Shown here piece after piece: positions 9,332-18,546 of a DNA stretch of 64,000 bases (the stretch's first letter is position 1; the number at the start of each line of letters is the position of its first letter). Under the pieces are notes generated by a model. The model saw nothing but the letters and a program-made list of their open reading frames with translations, was not told the origin of the DNA and did no database searches. The position numbers were made by a program, and so were the translations under genes. The DNA is taken from positions 20,920 through 84,919 of IMG/VR virus record IMGVR_UViG_3300017971_000250; one strand, 5' to 3'. The stretch comes from a virus.

Positions 9332-9990
9332 GACCGCGCCCCCTTGGCGGCATTGCAGCTCCGATGCGCCGCCTGCAGATTCTCGGGTGTCGTCTTCCCT
9401 CCCACCGCGATCGGAGTAACGTGATCAACCTCCGCCGAAAGCGGATGCGGGAACGAGAGCGTCGGATCAATCGCCCCACCACAAAGCCCACAAATCCAAC
9501 CGTCTCGTTCAAGAATTCTCGTCCGCGCAACAGCCGCGCCCTTTCCGGCACGGGCTCTGCGATTCCTGTTCCTCATTACCTTGACCGCCCGGGGGTTTCG
9601 CTTCCGCCACCGCTCATTCCGCTCCCGCGCCCATTCGGGATCCGCCTTCTGCCGTGCATTCGCTGCAGCAATCACTCGCTCGCGGTTCTTCTCGTACCAC
9701 CGCCTCTGCGCTCTACGAACCCTGTCAGGGTTCGCCAGACGCCAGGCTTCGCTTCCCGCCCGAATGCGCCCGGGGTTCGCCACTCGGTAGCACCGCGCCC
9801 GTTCGTTGTCCTTCGCCGCATTCGCCGCGTGTCTAGCACGCCGCCTAGCACGAATCGAATCGCCCTCCCTCTCCCGATAGCGACGATCACAAATCGCCTT
9901 CCCGCACCGTCTCGAACACCCACGCTGATCGCGCCGCCAAGGAACAAACGCCACCCCACAAGATCCACACACACGCTCCTGGAGGTTCAT
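9328..9990 (-). CDS. Free-standing HNH homing endonuclease
   Basis: ERDGWICGLCG...EVDHVTPIAVGG...NLQAAHRSCNAAKG and an N-terminal Zn finger. ATGA overlaps at both ends. Confidence 0.92.
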   Translation of the reverse strand: MNLQERVCGSCGVAFVPWRRDQRGCSRRCGKAICDRRYREREGDSIRARRRARHAANAAKDNERARCYRVANPGRIRAGSEAWRLANPDRVRRAQRRWYEKNRERVIAAANARQKADPEWARERNERWRKRNPRAVKVMRNRNRRARAGKGAAVARTRILERDGWICGLCGGAIDPTLSFPHPLSAEVDHVTPIAVGGKTTPENLQAAHRSCNAAKGARS

Positions 9991-11219
9991 GGCTCGCTCC
10001 TCCCGAAGTGACGCTGCAGGACCCCCGCGACGAACTTGCGGTCGTCGGGTCCGAGCTTGTTGAGCACCGCGATCTCCGAGGCGCGCCGCGTCCCTAGCTG
10101 CCCGCTCTTCTCCGCCCAGGAAAGTAGGCGGCGCAGGCTGAAGGTGCAGCCGCAGTCCTCGTTGGCGTAGCCGAGGCGAACCGTCGTGGCTACCTCCACC
10201 ATCTTCTCGGCCTTGCTACGCTCGATCCCGGTCTTGGCCACCAGGATCCCGATCTCCTTGCTGCCTACCGGGTAGCCTTGCTGGATCACGATTCCGAAGC
10301 GGTCCAGGAAGGCTTCGTTCAGGACGTTGGTCCCGGTATAGAGCCCGGTGTCGTCGCCGCGCCCGAGCGTGTTGGCGGTAGCGATGATCCGGAAGGTCGG
10401 CGCGATCCTCACGACCCGGCCACCGTCGCCCGTCAGGACCAGGCGGCGGTTCTGCTCTAGCAGCGCCTGTAGCGCGAAAAGAATCTCGGGCGGAGCCGCG
10501 TCGATCTCGTCAAGCAGGAGCGCGTATCCCCGGGTCGCCGCCGTAGGCGCGATGCCGTCCTTCCAGGTCACGATGCTCTGCCCGGTCTCGGGATCGACGT
10601 CCAGGACCTTCTCACCGAGAAAGTCGGCCGCCCTGAAGTCGCCGTTCAGGTTCACCCGGATCGTCGGCCAGTTGAGGATGCTCAGTAGCTCCAGCGCCCC
10701 GCTGCTCTTGCCGCAGCCGGTCGGCCCTACGATCAGGACGTTGTCGTCATTGGCCAGCCCGAGCGCGAGCGCCTGCAGGCTCTCGTCGTCGAATTCATAG
10801 TGGGGGTCGTGCTCGGGTACGAAAGCCCGGTCCCGCTCGCTCAGGTCCGCGCGGATCCGAATCTTCACCGGCCCGAACTCTAACTCGGTGCCGAACAGGT
10901 CCTCGGCCTCGTCCTTCGGTAGCGAGGGATCGGCGGCTTGCGCCGTCTGCGCATCCGTCTTTGCCGCCATCACCTTCGCAACCCGCTCCTTCTCCTTCTG
11001 CCTGCGTGCCCGGCTCCAGCGACCCTTCTGGCCGACGCTGCCCTTCTTGCTCGCAGCCACGCCGATGGTCTCCGCACCCGGGTGCTTCTCCCGATACTGC
11101 TCGGTGCTCATCCCGTGGACGAGCCCGAGGTGGGTCGATAGCTGCTCGAAGCGCTTACCGCACTCCAGGCACTCGACCTTGCCGTCGCCTTTCATGGTTC
11201 CCTGGTTCATCGGTTCCAT
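9987..11219 (-). CDS. MoxR/CbbQ/CobS-type AAA+ ATPase with N-terminal C2H2 finger
   Basis: Walker A GPTGCGKS, Walker B LLLDEID, FRIIATANT, NEAFLDRF and FSLRRL; finger CLECGKRFEQLSTHLGLVH. Confidence 0.92.
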   Translation of the reverse strand: MEPMNQGTMKGDGKVECLECGKRFEQLSTHLGLVHGMSTEQYREKHPGAETIGVAASKKGSVGQKGRWSRARRQKEKERVAKVMAAKTDAQTAQAADPSLPKDEAEDLFGTELEFGPVKIRIRADLSERDRAFVPEHDPHYEFDDESLQALALGLANDDNVLIVGPTGCGKSSGALELLSILNWPTIRVNLNGDFRAADFLGEKVLDVDPETGQSIVTWKDGIAPTAATRGYALLLDEIDAAPPEILFALQALLEQNRRLVLTGDGGRVVRIAPTFRIIATANTLGRGDDTGLYTGTNVLNEAFLDRFGIVIQQGYPVGSKEIGILVAKTGIERSKAEKMVEVATTVRLGYANEDCGCTFSLRRLLSWAEKSGQLGTRRASEIAVLNKLGPDDRKFVAGVLQRHFGRSEP

Positions 11220-11232
11220 CTCCCCTCGGCCC

Positions 11233-11472
11233 CTAGCTCAGCACCTTGACTTCGCGCTCGCCGTGGTCGGCCGCGTAGCGGATCGCCATCCTCTTCGCCT
11301 CGGCGAAGGAGCCGACCTGCCAGAAACGCTCGCTACCAATCTCGAAGGCCCAGTGGCCGTAGCCGCGCGGCTTGCGTCTATGCGCCCACTCGAACTCGGT
11401 CGTCACGACCCTCACGCTGCTCTGCGCTACCCGCGCCTCGCTTCCCGTTCCCGTCTGGCTTCCCTGGTTCAT
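11233..11472 (-). CDS. Small hypothetical early protein
   Basis: Start reassigned to ATG 11472 behind GAGGAGGAACCG; AHRRKPRGYGHWAF motif. Confidence 0.7.
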   Translation of the reverse strand: MNQGSQTGTGSEARVAQSSVRVVTTEFEWAHRRKPRGYGHWAFEIGSERFWQVGSFAEAKRMAIRYAADHGEREVKVLS

Positions 11473-11600
11473 CGGTTCCTCCTCGGTTCCGGCCGGGGCC
11501 CCTTCCCCAACCACCATCATTATCGTCTCGGCCGCCCAGGAAGTCCAGAGAAATCTTCGCCGATCCCCCAACTTTCTGCTATCGCCTACGGCCGCCGCCA
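11467..11600 (-). promoter_or_regulatory. Repeated early promoter-leader module, copy 1
   Basis: TGGACT-N17-GATAAT (11547-11519), upstream GATAGCAGAAAGTTG...CGAAGATTTCTCT, leader hairpin and RBS; matches copies at 62.1 and 63.8 kb. Confidence 0.8.
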
Positions 11601-11609
11601 CTTACGGGG

Positions 11610-12680
11610 TCACAGCAGCCCCCTCAATCGCCTGGTCACGGCCGCCCGCAGCGCCGATTCCAACGGCCGCGCGCCCTGGACCGCGCGCCTCAGCACATCG
11701 GGCGGGGCCTCCCCGGGGTCGCCGTAGCCTTCGAGGTCGTCCGTGATGCACGCGTCGATTCCGGCCCGGATGATTTGCTCGATCGCTTCGTCGTGCGCCT
11801 CGGGGTCGAGGCTCAGCACCAGCCGCGTTCCGCCTAGCATTCGAATCGTGCGCAGCGGTCCGAGCCCCTTACCGAGCAGCGCGACCGAAGCGAAGCCCGC
11901 GCGATCGTAGGCGAGCACATCGAAGACGCCCTCGGCGATCACGAGCGCCCGCTTGCCCGCCGCGATACGGGACGCCGCCTGAAACCATCCGAAGACCAGC
12001 TTGCCCGTCCCCGGCCCCGAGAGGTATCGGATCTCGGCCGCCTTCGAAACCGCACGCGCCGTGAAGCTCAATCCCTCGGGACAAACGACCGGGAAGATGA
12101 TCCTGCCGGAGTAGCGACCCGAATTGCAAAAGCCGATCTCGTAGCGCCGCGCCTGCTCGCGCGTCACCCCACGCTCCTGGAGATACTTCGGGAAGCGCCA
12201 CACCGGATCACGACTGCTGTCGTAGATAGGCTCCAGCCCGGGGATGCGCTCCTTCGCCAAAATCGCAAGCGCCCCGAGATGCGTGTTCGCCCGCCACTCG
12301 ATAGGTCCCTGCGGAGCGGACACGGGCCGGTGCGGTGTCCGGTTTTTGTCCCTTGTCCGGACTGCTGACCCGAAGCCAGCACCTCCCCGCACTTCGATCA
12401 CCAGTGCTGCCTTGGCCTCGTGGGGTTCGAGCCCTTCGTGCTCTGCGTAGAGCGGAGCGAACCCGGATCCCTTGCGCCCGCATCGAAAACAGATCCAAGC
12501 CCCGCGCTCATGGGTGCCGTGCTCGTCTTCCCACTCTTCGAGATTGACGTAGCAGCGGTCGGCGCTCTTGCAATCTTCGAACGGACACGGCCCGACCATC
12601 TGAGGAACCTTCCCGGTCGACGGCCGGTAGCCTGCCGCTTCGAGGTATCCCTCTAGGTCGAACTCGTCCAGGAAGCCCAT
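11610..12680 (-). CDS. DNA primase (Zn finger plus TOPRIM)
   Basis: CPF...C...CFRC, YLQERG, GRIIFPV, IAEGVFDVLA, LSLDPEA. Confidence 0.9.
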   Translation of the reverse strand: MGFLDEFDLEGYLEAAGYRPSTGKVPQMVGPCPFEDCKSADRCYVNLEEWEDEHGTHERGAWICFRCGRKGSGFAPLYAEHEGLEPHEAKAALVIEVRGGAGFGSAVRTRDKNRTPHRPVSAPQGPIEWRANTHLGALAILAKERIPGLEPIYDSSRDPVWRFPKYLQERGVTREQARRYEIGFCNSGRYSGRIIFPVVCPEGLSFTARAVSKAAEIRYLSGPGTGKLVFGWFQAASRIAAGKRALVIAEGVFDVLAYDRAGFASVALLGKGLGPLRTIRMLGGTRLVLSLDPEAHDEAIEQIIRAGIDACITDDLEGYGDPGEAPPDVLRRAVQGARPLESALRAAVTRRLRGLL

Positions 12681-13972
12681 CAGGTATCACTCACTGGCGG
12701 GGCCTTGATCAGCATCCGGGAGAAGTCGCAGACCGCCTGCACCCTGAATCGCGCGCGCCGCGTTCGGCCCTTGCTGATCCAGATATCCCGATGCGTCTCG
12801 CGGTCGAGGTTCGGGTCCTCCGGCATATTCACGCTCAGCACGATCGACGCGATCTCGCCCTTGCTCTGCGCGCCCCGGAGGTGCCGCGTTCCCGCCATCT
12901 TTCCCTCGGCCGATTTGTCCGCCTGCGTCATAACCCAAAGGCCCGCGTCGTGGCGTTGCGCCAGGCCCGCGAGCCTTCGGTAAACCGTCGTCAGATAGGC
13001 CCATCCATACTTCGGATCGAACGTGCCGCCCTCGCCCATCTTGAGGTGGTCAGGCGAGTCGAAGACGACGAGGTCCGGGATGAAGCCCCGGGCCTCTAGC
13101 TCCGTCCACGCCGCCTCGACGTCGGCCACGGTCGCCTGCTCGACGCCGATGTAGAGGACCTGTAGCTGCTCGGCCAGCCGCTTGTGATTGCGCTTCAACC
13201 AGGTCGTCAATAGCTGCTTGTGCGCGCCGCTGTAGCTCCCGCTTTCGATCAGCGCGTGCGGGATCCGCGTGAACCGCGAGATCACCCGCGAGGTCGTCAC
13301 CCGCTCCCCGTTCTCCGAATCGACATGGAGGACCCGGAAGCCCTGCCGGATAGCCGCGAAGTCGAGCGAGACGCCGAGCGAGGATTTGCCGTGCCCGGTG
13401 ACGCCGAAGACGATGCCTAGCTCGCCGCGCCCGATCCCGTCGATGACTTCGTCCAGCGCGTAGAGCCCAGTCGGGATCCGCTCGGCCCCGGGGATGTGGA
13501 GGAGATTCTTGGGGACGAGGGGACGCGCGCTCGGCCGCGACGACGACACGACGCCGCCAGCGAAGGTGCGGTCCAGGAGCGCGAGTGCCGCCTCGTCCTG
13601 TCCCTTCTCAAACCGTTTCGTCGCGCGGTCTATCGTGGTCAGCACCCGCCGCTTCGTCTGCCGCTTGGCGAGCATCCGCGCGACCACGCGCGGCCGCGCC
13701 TCGGGGACCGCCGTGGCAATCCCGTCGAGCGCATCATTGAGCGGATCGTGGAGGTCCGGGGGCAGCGCGAGCACCGCCGCCCGGAGCGCCGTCATGGACG
13801 GGGACTCGCCCGTTGCCTCGTAGGTTTCAACGACCTGTTTCCAGAGCCATCCGTGCTCGGGCTCGGCCCACTCGTAGCCGCCTAGCTCGGCGATCGTGGA
13901 GGCGCAGGACCCGCTGTCAACGATACAACGATGCAACAAGCAGGCTTCCAACTCGCCCCACTTCGCCTCCAT
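12680..13972 (-). CDS. dnaB: DnaB-like replicative helicase
   Basis: IPTGLYALDEVIDGIGRGELGIVFGVTGHGKS, LVVFDSPDHL, WVMTQA, ISKGR. Confidence 0.88.
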   Translation of the reverse strand: MEAKWGELEACLLHRCIVDSGSCASTIAELGGYEWAEPEHGWLWKQVVETYEATGESPSMTALRAAVLALPPDLHDPLNDALDGIATAVPEARPRVVARMLAKRQTKRRVLTTIDRATKRFEKGQDEAALALLDRTFAGGVVSSSRPSARPLVPKNLLHIPGAERIPTGLYALDEVIDGIGRGELGIVFGVTGHGKSSLGVSLDFAAIRQGFRVLHVDSENGERVTTSRVISRFTRIPHALIESGSYSGAHKQLLTTWLKRNHKRLAEQLQVLYIGVEQATVADVEAAWTELEARGFIPDLVVFDSPDHLKMGEGGTFDPKYGWAYLTTVYRRLAGLAQRHDAGLWVMTQADKSAEGKMAGTRHLRGAQSKGEIASIVLSVNMPEDPNLDRETHRDIWISKGRTRRARFRVQAVCDFSRMLIKAPPVSDT

Positions 13973-13987
13973 GCGAACCCCCCGATC

Positions 13988-14743
13988 CTAAAGCGTATCG
14001 CCATCACTCTCGTCCACCTCCCGTCGTTTGCACCCGCGTGCAAGATACTCGCGTCGCGCACGCCCCATCGATGGCCACGGGAGACGAAGCCAGATGTGCG
14101 TTTGCCCGCGACGCGATTCCAATAACTTCCTCGTATTCTCGTCGGCCTCCTTGACCGCCGCGCGATCCTCGCGCTCCCCGGGAGGGATCCACTCGGGCAC
14201 CATGCTAAGCACTGCGGGACCGACAACATTGCGCAGCGGCGGATACCGAAGATGTCCAGGTCTGCGATAGTAGTCCTCCGCGACGTCGAAGAGGCGCTCG
14301 ACCGTGAAGCCGTACTCCAGCAACCACGTCGCACCCTTCTTACAGAGAGCGTCCGCGTTGCCGCCGTAATCCCGCCAGGCAACAACGGGACGGTTATGGG
14401 CGGAAGCCCATCGGGCAGCGTAGGTGCGACGGATCGTCTCGGCGAGACCGTCGACGGCCGCATACCAAAGCGCGCGACGCGCACTAGATCGGGAGCGCTT
14501 CCATTCAAGAAGCACCAATCGATCCTCCTCGCTGAGCGCTTGCCTTCCCGCGATGAGGCTCACCTGATAGGGTTTCTTCTTCCCAAGCACCGGAAGCGCG
14601 ATCTCCCGGGGACGGCCCACTCCCTTCCGTCCCTCCCGCCGCTTCTTACACATGGACGGTTCCGATTGGCGCTTTTCCTGATCACGATATGGCATGATCC
14701 CTTCCGGAGATGGGGTAGACAGGTTTGAATTTTGCGATTTCAT
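13988..14743 (-). CDS. Hypothetical replication-module protein (start may be ATG near 14695)
   Basis: Lies between the candidate origin and dnaB; no recognisable motif. Confidence 0.5.
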   Translation of the reverse strand: MKSQNSNLSTPSPEGIMPYRDQEKRQSEPSMCKKRREGRKGVGRPREIALPVLGKKKPYQVSLIAGRQALSEEDRLVLLEWKRSRSSARRALWYAAVDGLAETIRRTYAARWASAHNRPVVAWRDYGGNADALCKKGATWLLEYGFTVERLFDVAEDYYRRPGHLRYPPLRNVVGPAVLSMVPEWIPPGEREDRAAVKEADENTRKLLESRRGQTHIWLRLPWPSMGRARREYLARGCKRREVDESDGDTL

Positions 14744-14746
14744 ACC

Positions 14747-14902
14747 TAACCCTTTGCAGCAAGCGAAGATCAGATTTTAGGCAAAACCCGGACCTCCCTA
14801 AGAATTAAGAATTAAGAATTAAGAATTAAATCTCTCTCTTATATATATAAGAGAGGTGGCCTTTTTGCCTGAAATCTGATCTTGCGATCCCGCATAGCGT
14901 TA
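14747..14902. other. Candidate replication origin
   Basis: AT-rich island: (TAAGAAT)x4 at 14799-14826 and a perfect 22-bp palindrome at 14834-14855, flanked by a 21-bp inverted repeat with one mismatch (14766-14786 / 14863-14883). Confidence 0.7.
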
Positions 14903-15009
14903 ACCCTGATCAGCCCCATAATCCAATTTGTCGCTCCAGCATTCCGAGGAGCCGCTCGGTATCGCGGAGGGTAGGGGCGCAACCCCGAGCGGTCTCCCCG
15001 TGGGACTGA

Positions 15010-16530
15010 TCACAGTCCCGAACTCCCCGGGAGCAGGTCGTCCGGTATCCGTGCCGGACGCGTCATTCCCTCGATCACCCTTATCCTGAACCCCCGCGTC
15101 TCGTCGTAGAGGTCAAGCCGCGCAAGTGAATGCTCTTGCATGTGCCTTTGCCCCAAGTCGGCGAAGTCGATCACAATAGCGCGCGTCTTGCCTTCCGAGA
15201 CCGTCAGGTTCCGAAGGCGCTGCATGACCGCGATCCGGCTCTTTCCTCCCTCGGCATTGATCACCACTTCAAGCTCCGGGATATCGACGCCCTCTCCCAG
15301 GATGGTCCCGATCACGACCGCGACCTTGCGCTTCTGGAACCGCTCGACGACGCGCCGCCGCCGCGCGGGAGGCGTCGAGCCGTGGAGCGTCTCGACCTCG
15401 ACGCCGCGCGCGCTCAGCATCTCCTCCAGCCGCCGCATCTGATCAAGCCGCCCGGTGTCGATGAGTGTCAGCAGGCCCGCCTTCGCAGCCTGCTCGGCCA
15501 GGTCCGCAATCGTCGCGTTACGCTCCTCATTGTTGGCGATGAACTCCGAGTAAGTCCGCCCGTAGCGCCAGCGCTGCGGAGCGCCGTGCAGCGGCATCCG
15601 GTAGAGCAGGACGGTCGGCTGTAGCAGATGCCCCTCCTGAATCAGCCGCTCGATCGGGACCTCGTAGCGGATCGGCCCGGTGCAGGCCCGCACCCAAATC
15701 GCCGAGCGCTCCTGTGGGATGTCGGGATCCTCGAAGAGCGTCGCGCTGAGTCCTATCTTCCCAAAGGCATCGGTGCGCATGATCGGTTTGCGCCATTCAT
15801 CGGCACGCATGTGGTGGACCTCGTCGATCAGGAGTAGATCCGTCTTCGCCTCCAGAGCCCGCGCCTCGCGTGGTCGCGCAAGCAGCGTCTGGACCGTTGC
15901 TACCGTGACCCACCTCGGATCCCATTCCCCGGAGCCGCAGACGCCGATCCATTCGTCCCTGAACGAACGCGGATGCAGATAGCTGCGGAGTGCCCGCGCG
16001 GTTTGCCCGAGGAGCATTTCCGATTCGACGACGAAAAGCGTGCTCCAGCCTAGCTCCGCGAGGATGCGCCCGGCGATGAGCGTCTTGCCCCCACGGATCG
16101 GGACCTTGATGATACCACGCGGGGCGAGTCCGCGCACGCGACATCGGTCGAGGATTGCGCGCACGGCTTCGCCCTGGTAGCCGCGCGGATCGGGACCAAC
16201 CCACTCGAAATCCATGCGCCCCTTCGGCCGCCGCCGCTTATCAGCGAATCGGTATCCCTTCAGGTGGCGCTGCGCGACGGCGAGGAGTCCGGTAGGAATG
16301 AGGAGGGGCTTCGGCTCACCGCGCTTCCCGCGCCGGGAGCGCCGCACTAGCTGGATCCGGCCGTCCCACACGCCGCTCTGGAACTTATCGGTGTGCTCGT
16401 GTCCGGCTACTAGATAGGCGGTCTCCTTGCGGAGCGCTTCGAGTGCGGTCCTGCCTCGCCTAGTAGCCTCCAGCCCTAGAACCCGAATGTAGTCGTTGTG
16501 GACGATGATCACGAGTTGCGCCCCCTCCAC
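15010..16530 (-). CDS. Superfamily 2 DEAD/H helicase (UvsW-like)
   Basis: PRGYQ, PIRGGKT, IDEVHH, GLSAT, GEGVDIP, QRLR. Confidence 0.92.
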   Translation of the reverse strand: MEGAQLVIIVHNDYIRVLGLEATRRGRTALEALRKETAYLVAGHEHTDKFQSGVWDGRIQLVRRSRRGKRGEPKPLLIPTGLLAVAQRHLKGYRFADKRRRPKGRMDFEWVGPDPRGYQGEAVRAILDRCRVRGLAPRGIIKVPIRGGKTLIAGRILAELGWSTLFVVESEMLLGQTARALRSYLHPRSFRDEWIGVCGSGEWDPRWVTVATVQTLLARPREARALEAKTDLLLIDEVHHMRADEWRKPIMRTDAFGKIGLSATLFEDPDIPQERSAIWVRACTGPIRYEVPIERLIQEGHLLQPTVLLYRMPLHGAPQRWRYGRTYSEFIANNEERNATIADLAEQAAKAGLLTLIDTGRLDQMRRLEEMLSARGVEVETLHGSTPPARRRRVVERFQKRKVAVVIGTILGEGVDIPELEVVINAEGGKSRIAVMQRLRNLTVSEGKTRAIVIDFADLGQRHMQEHSLARLDLYDETRGFRIRVIEGMTRPARIPDDLLPGSSGL

Positions 16531-16570
16531 CTCTACTGTGCGGGGGAGGCGCTGACCGGCGCAGGAATTT

Positions 16571-16906
16571 CTAGCGGGAGAGGAAGTAGATCAGGAGCGT
16601 TATCCCGCAAGGCAACAACGCCCCGAGCAGGCCCCACATGGCACTCATTCCCTTGAGCTTCAGCGCCAGCGGGGAGATCCGTTCCTCGACGCACTTCTGC
16701 TCAGCCCTCTGCCGTTCGAGCCGAACGGACGCGATCTCTCTCGTCCACTTGAGATCGAGCGTATAGATCGCCTCCAGAAGCTCCTGCTTTGCCTTAACCA
16801 ACTCCTTGCCGCCATCGCTGATGGCGTCGCGTAAATCTTTGAGGTCTTCGGTGACGTTCTGCGCCCACTCACGCAGTGGGTCGTCCCTCGGGATTCCGTT
16901 CGGCAT
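16571..16906 (-). CDS. Membrane-anchored coiled-coil protein (lysis cassette)
   Basis: C-terminal hydrophobic segment AMWGLLGALLPCGITLLIYFL. Confidence 0.65.
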   Translation of the reverse strand: MPNGIPRDDPLREWAQNVTEDLKDLRDAISDGGKELVKAKQELLEAIYTLDLKWTREIASVRLERQRAEQKCVEERISPLALKLKGMSAMWGLLGALLPCGITLLIYFLSR

Positions 16907-17360
16907 CGGGCGGCTCCTTCACAAGGTCGAGTAGCTCCTCCATCGGTCCCGGCCAGCGCGGATCTCCCGGGAGGGTCATGGCGAGGAACCAGGTGTCTAC
17001 GGGGAACTCGGCGCGGTGCGCCGTGTTCGGTTCCAGAGTTATCGCTTCATGTTGCGCGACTCGCGTTTCGGTCCAATCTTCAATCGGGGTGTCGGCACGC
17101 CCCGAGCGAACAATCATCTCTCCCCTGATCACCGCGAGCACCTCGCGGCACGAATGCGTGTGGCTCGGAAAGACTGAACCGGCGCTGCAGAATGTGCGAG
17201 CGACTGCGCAGTCGTGATTCTTGAAGAGCCCAACGGAAAGCCCGGTCCCCTCCTCCATCTTGATCTGCTGAGCGAAGAGGTTGTTGCACCCAAGAAGCTC
17301 CGCGTAGTTTGGGATCTGTTTTGCCAGCCGCTCCAGCTTATCGATGCGCTCCGGGTTCAT
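16869..17360 (-). CDS. Cupin-domain protein
   Basis: Start reassigned to ATG 17360 (RBS GAGGAG). Cupin motifs FPSHTHSCREVLAVIRGEM and LEPNTAH. Confidence 0.75.
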   Translation of the reverse strand: MNPERIDKLERLAKQIPNYAELLGCNNLFAQQIKMEEGTGLSVGLFKNHDCAVARTFCSAGSVFPSHTHSCREVLAVIRGEMIVRSGRADTPIEDWTETRVAQHEAITLEPNTAHRAEFPVDTWFLAMTLPGDPRWPGPMEELLDLVKEPPDAERNPEGRPTA

Positions 17361-17370
17361 CACTCTCCTC

Positions 17371-17688
17371 CTACAACAGCCCGTCCCAAAACCCGCGCCC
17401 GATCGACTTTCGGACCCGTCCCCTCGGGATGCCCCATACGACCGAGACACCCTTCGGGCCGCCCTGACGGAACGACGTGCGATACTCGAAGCGGGTCTTG
17501 TCGGGGTCGTACTGCCGGAAGCGCAGGAAGTTGGCGGCGCGATCTAGACCGTCGATCCGGTAGTCGTGCTCGTTCAACCACCTGCGCGCCCGGCTCTCAT
17601 CCCAAAGGTCCCTGTCAAATAGGACGCTCTGAGCGTGCGTCTTGTTCGGAGCCGATCGTCCGACCCTCGGCTTCCCGATATGGATCAC
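17371..17688 (-). CDS. Hypothetical protein
   Basis: 105-aa ORF packed within the operon. Confidence 0.6.
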   Translation of the reverse strand: MIHIGKPRVGRSAPNKTHAQSVLFDRDLWDESRARRWLNEHDYRIDGLDRAANFLRFRQYDPDKTRFEYRTSFRQGGPKGVSVVWGIPRGRVRKSIGRGFWDGLL

Positions 17689-17691
17689 CGA

Positions 17692-17964
17692 CTACGACCT
17701 CCGCGTGACCTCGTTCTTGATGGTCAGCAACAGATTGTCCGACTTCGCCTGCGCCCACCGTGCGCGGATCGTGTTCCAGCCGACGAGCAGGATTCCCGCA
17801 TCGGCCAGCAGCATATCGAGGAACGAGAACCGCCCCTCCATCATCAGCACCAGCGACAGCAGACCGAACGCGACCATTCCAAGGATCGCCGTCCAGCCGC
17901 TGCCCGTCTTGAACATCGCCGCGAACGCGGACCAGATTTCCCTTGGGCTCGGTATCGATGGCAT
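17692..17964 (-). CDS. Putative holin
   Basis: 90 aa, two hydrophobic segments, basic C-terminus, adjacent to the endolysin. Confidence 0.65.
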   Translation of the reverse strand: MPSIPSPREIWSAFAAMFKTGSGWTAILGMVAFGLLSLVLMMEGRFSFLDMLLADAGILLVGWNTIRARWAQAKSDNLLLTIKNEVTRRS

Positions 17965-17979
17965 TCCAGACCTCCCTCT

Positions 17980-18546
17980 CTAGACCCCGGTGTTCGAGGC
18001 GTTCGGGGTTCCGATTTCAATTCCCGGGCTCCACAGTCGTCGCGTGCCCAGGATGCGGTCGGTATCGTACTCTCCAACGCCGACCGCATTCTGCTGGTTG
18101 CCGCCTAGCAACAGCACCTTCCCGCCATCAAGCCCCGCGAAGAACCCGACGTGTCCCGTAGCATTGATCACCTCGGGACCCGGTTGGTTGCCGCCGCCCC
18201 GTTTCAGGACGACGACGTCGAAGCCGACGCGCGCGTCCGTGATCTTGATCACTGGCGTGCCGACCTGGAGCCAGGTCCGGGCGCGCAGCGACTTCGAGCG
18301 CGGGAGCCGTAGGAGCCACGCGACGTAGTTTACGAACGCGCTGCACCACGCGACCTCATCGTTCTCTGGCCAGTCAGCATCGAGCTTCAGCATCGCCAGC
18401 ACCTGCGGGTTGTCCTCGCGCCCCGGGATCTCCTGGACCCCGACGAACCGTTCTGCTAGCTGATAGGCCGTCAGCACCAGGCCCTGCGGCTGCGGGGACG
18501 GCGGCGGCAGGAACCAGAACGGCGACATGGACATCCGTCCCGCCAT
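17980..18546 (-). CDS. Endolysin, TIGR02594-like cysteine peptidase (NlpC/P60-CHAP fold)
   Basis: GVQEIPG..DNPQV, DEVAWCSAFV, ARTW, GHVGFF, LLGGNQ. Confidence 0.88.
   Translation of the reverse strand: MAGRMSMSPFWFLPPPSPQPQGLVLTAYQLAERFVGVQEIPGREDNPQVLAMLKLDADWPENDEVAWCSAFVNYVAWLLRLPRSKSLRARTWLQVGTPVIKITDARVGFDVVVLKRGGGNQPGPEVINATGHVGFFAGLDGGKVLLLGGNQQNAVGVGEYDTDRILGTRRLWSPGIEIGTPNASNTGV

Noticed and set aside
7274-11219. Cobalamin biosynthesis genes cobS/cobT as auxiliary metabolic genes
   Set aside because: No cobN or other cob genes are present; this is the generic phage MoxR-vWA pair.
1-16530. Host chromosomal replication genes flanking a prophage
   Set aside because: The genes are divergent, co-oriented and tightly coupled with phage genes, and share the phage promoter module. 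No att site or integrase was seen.
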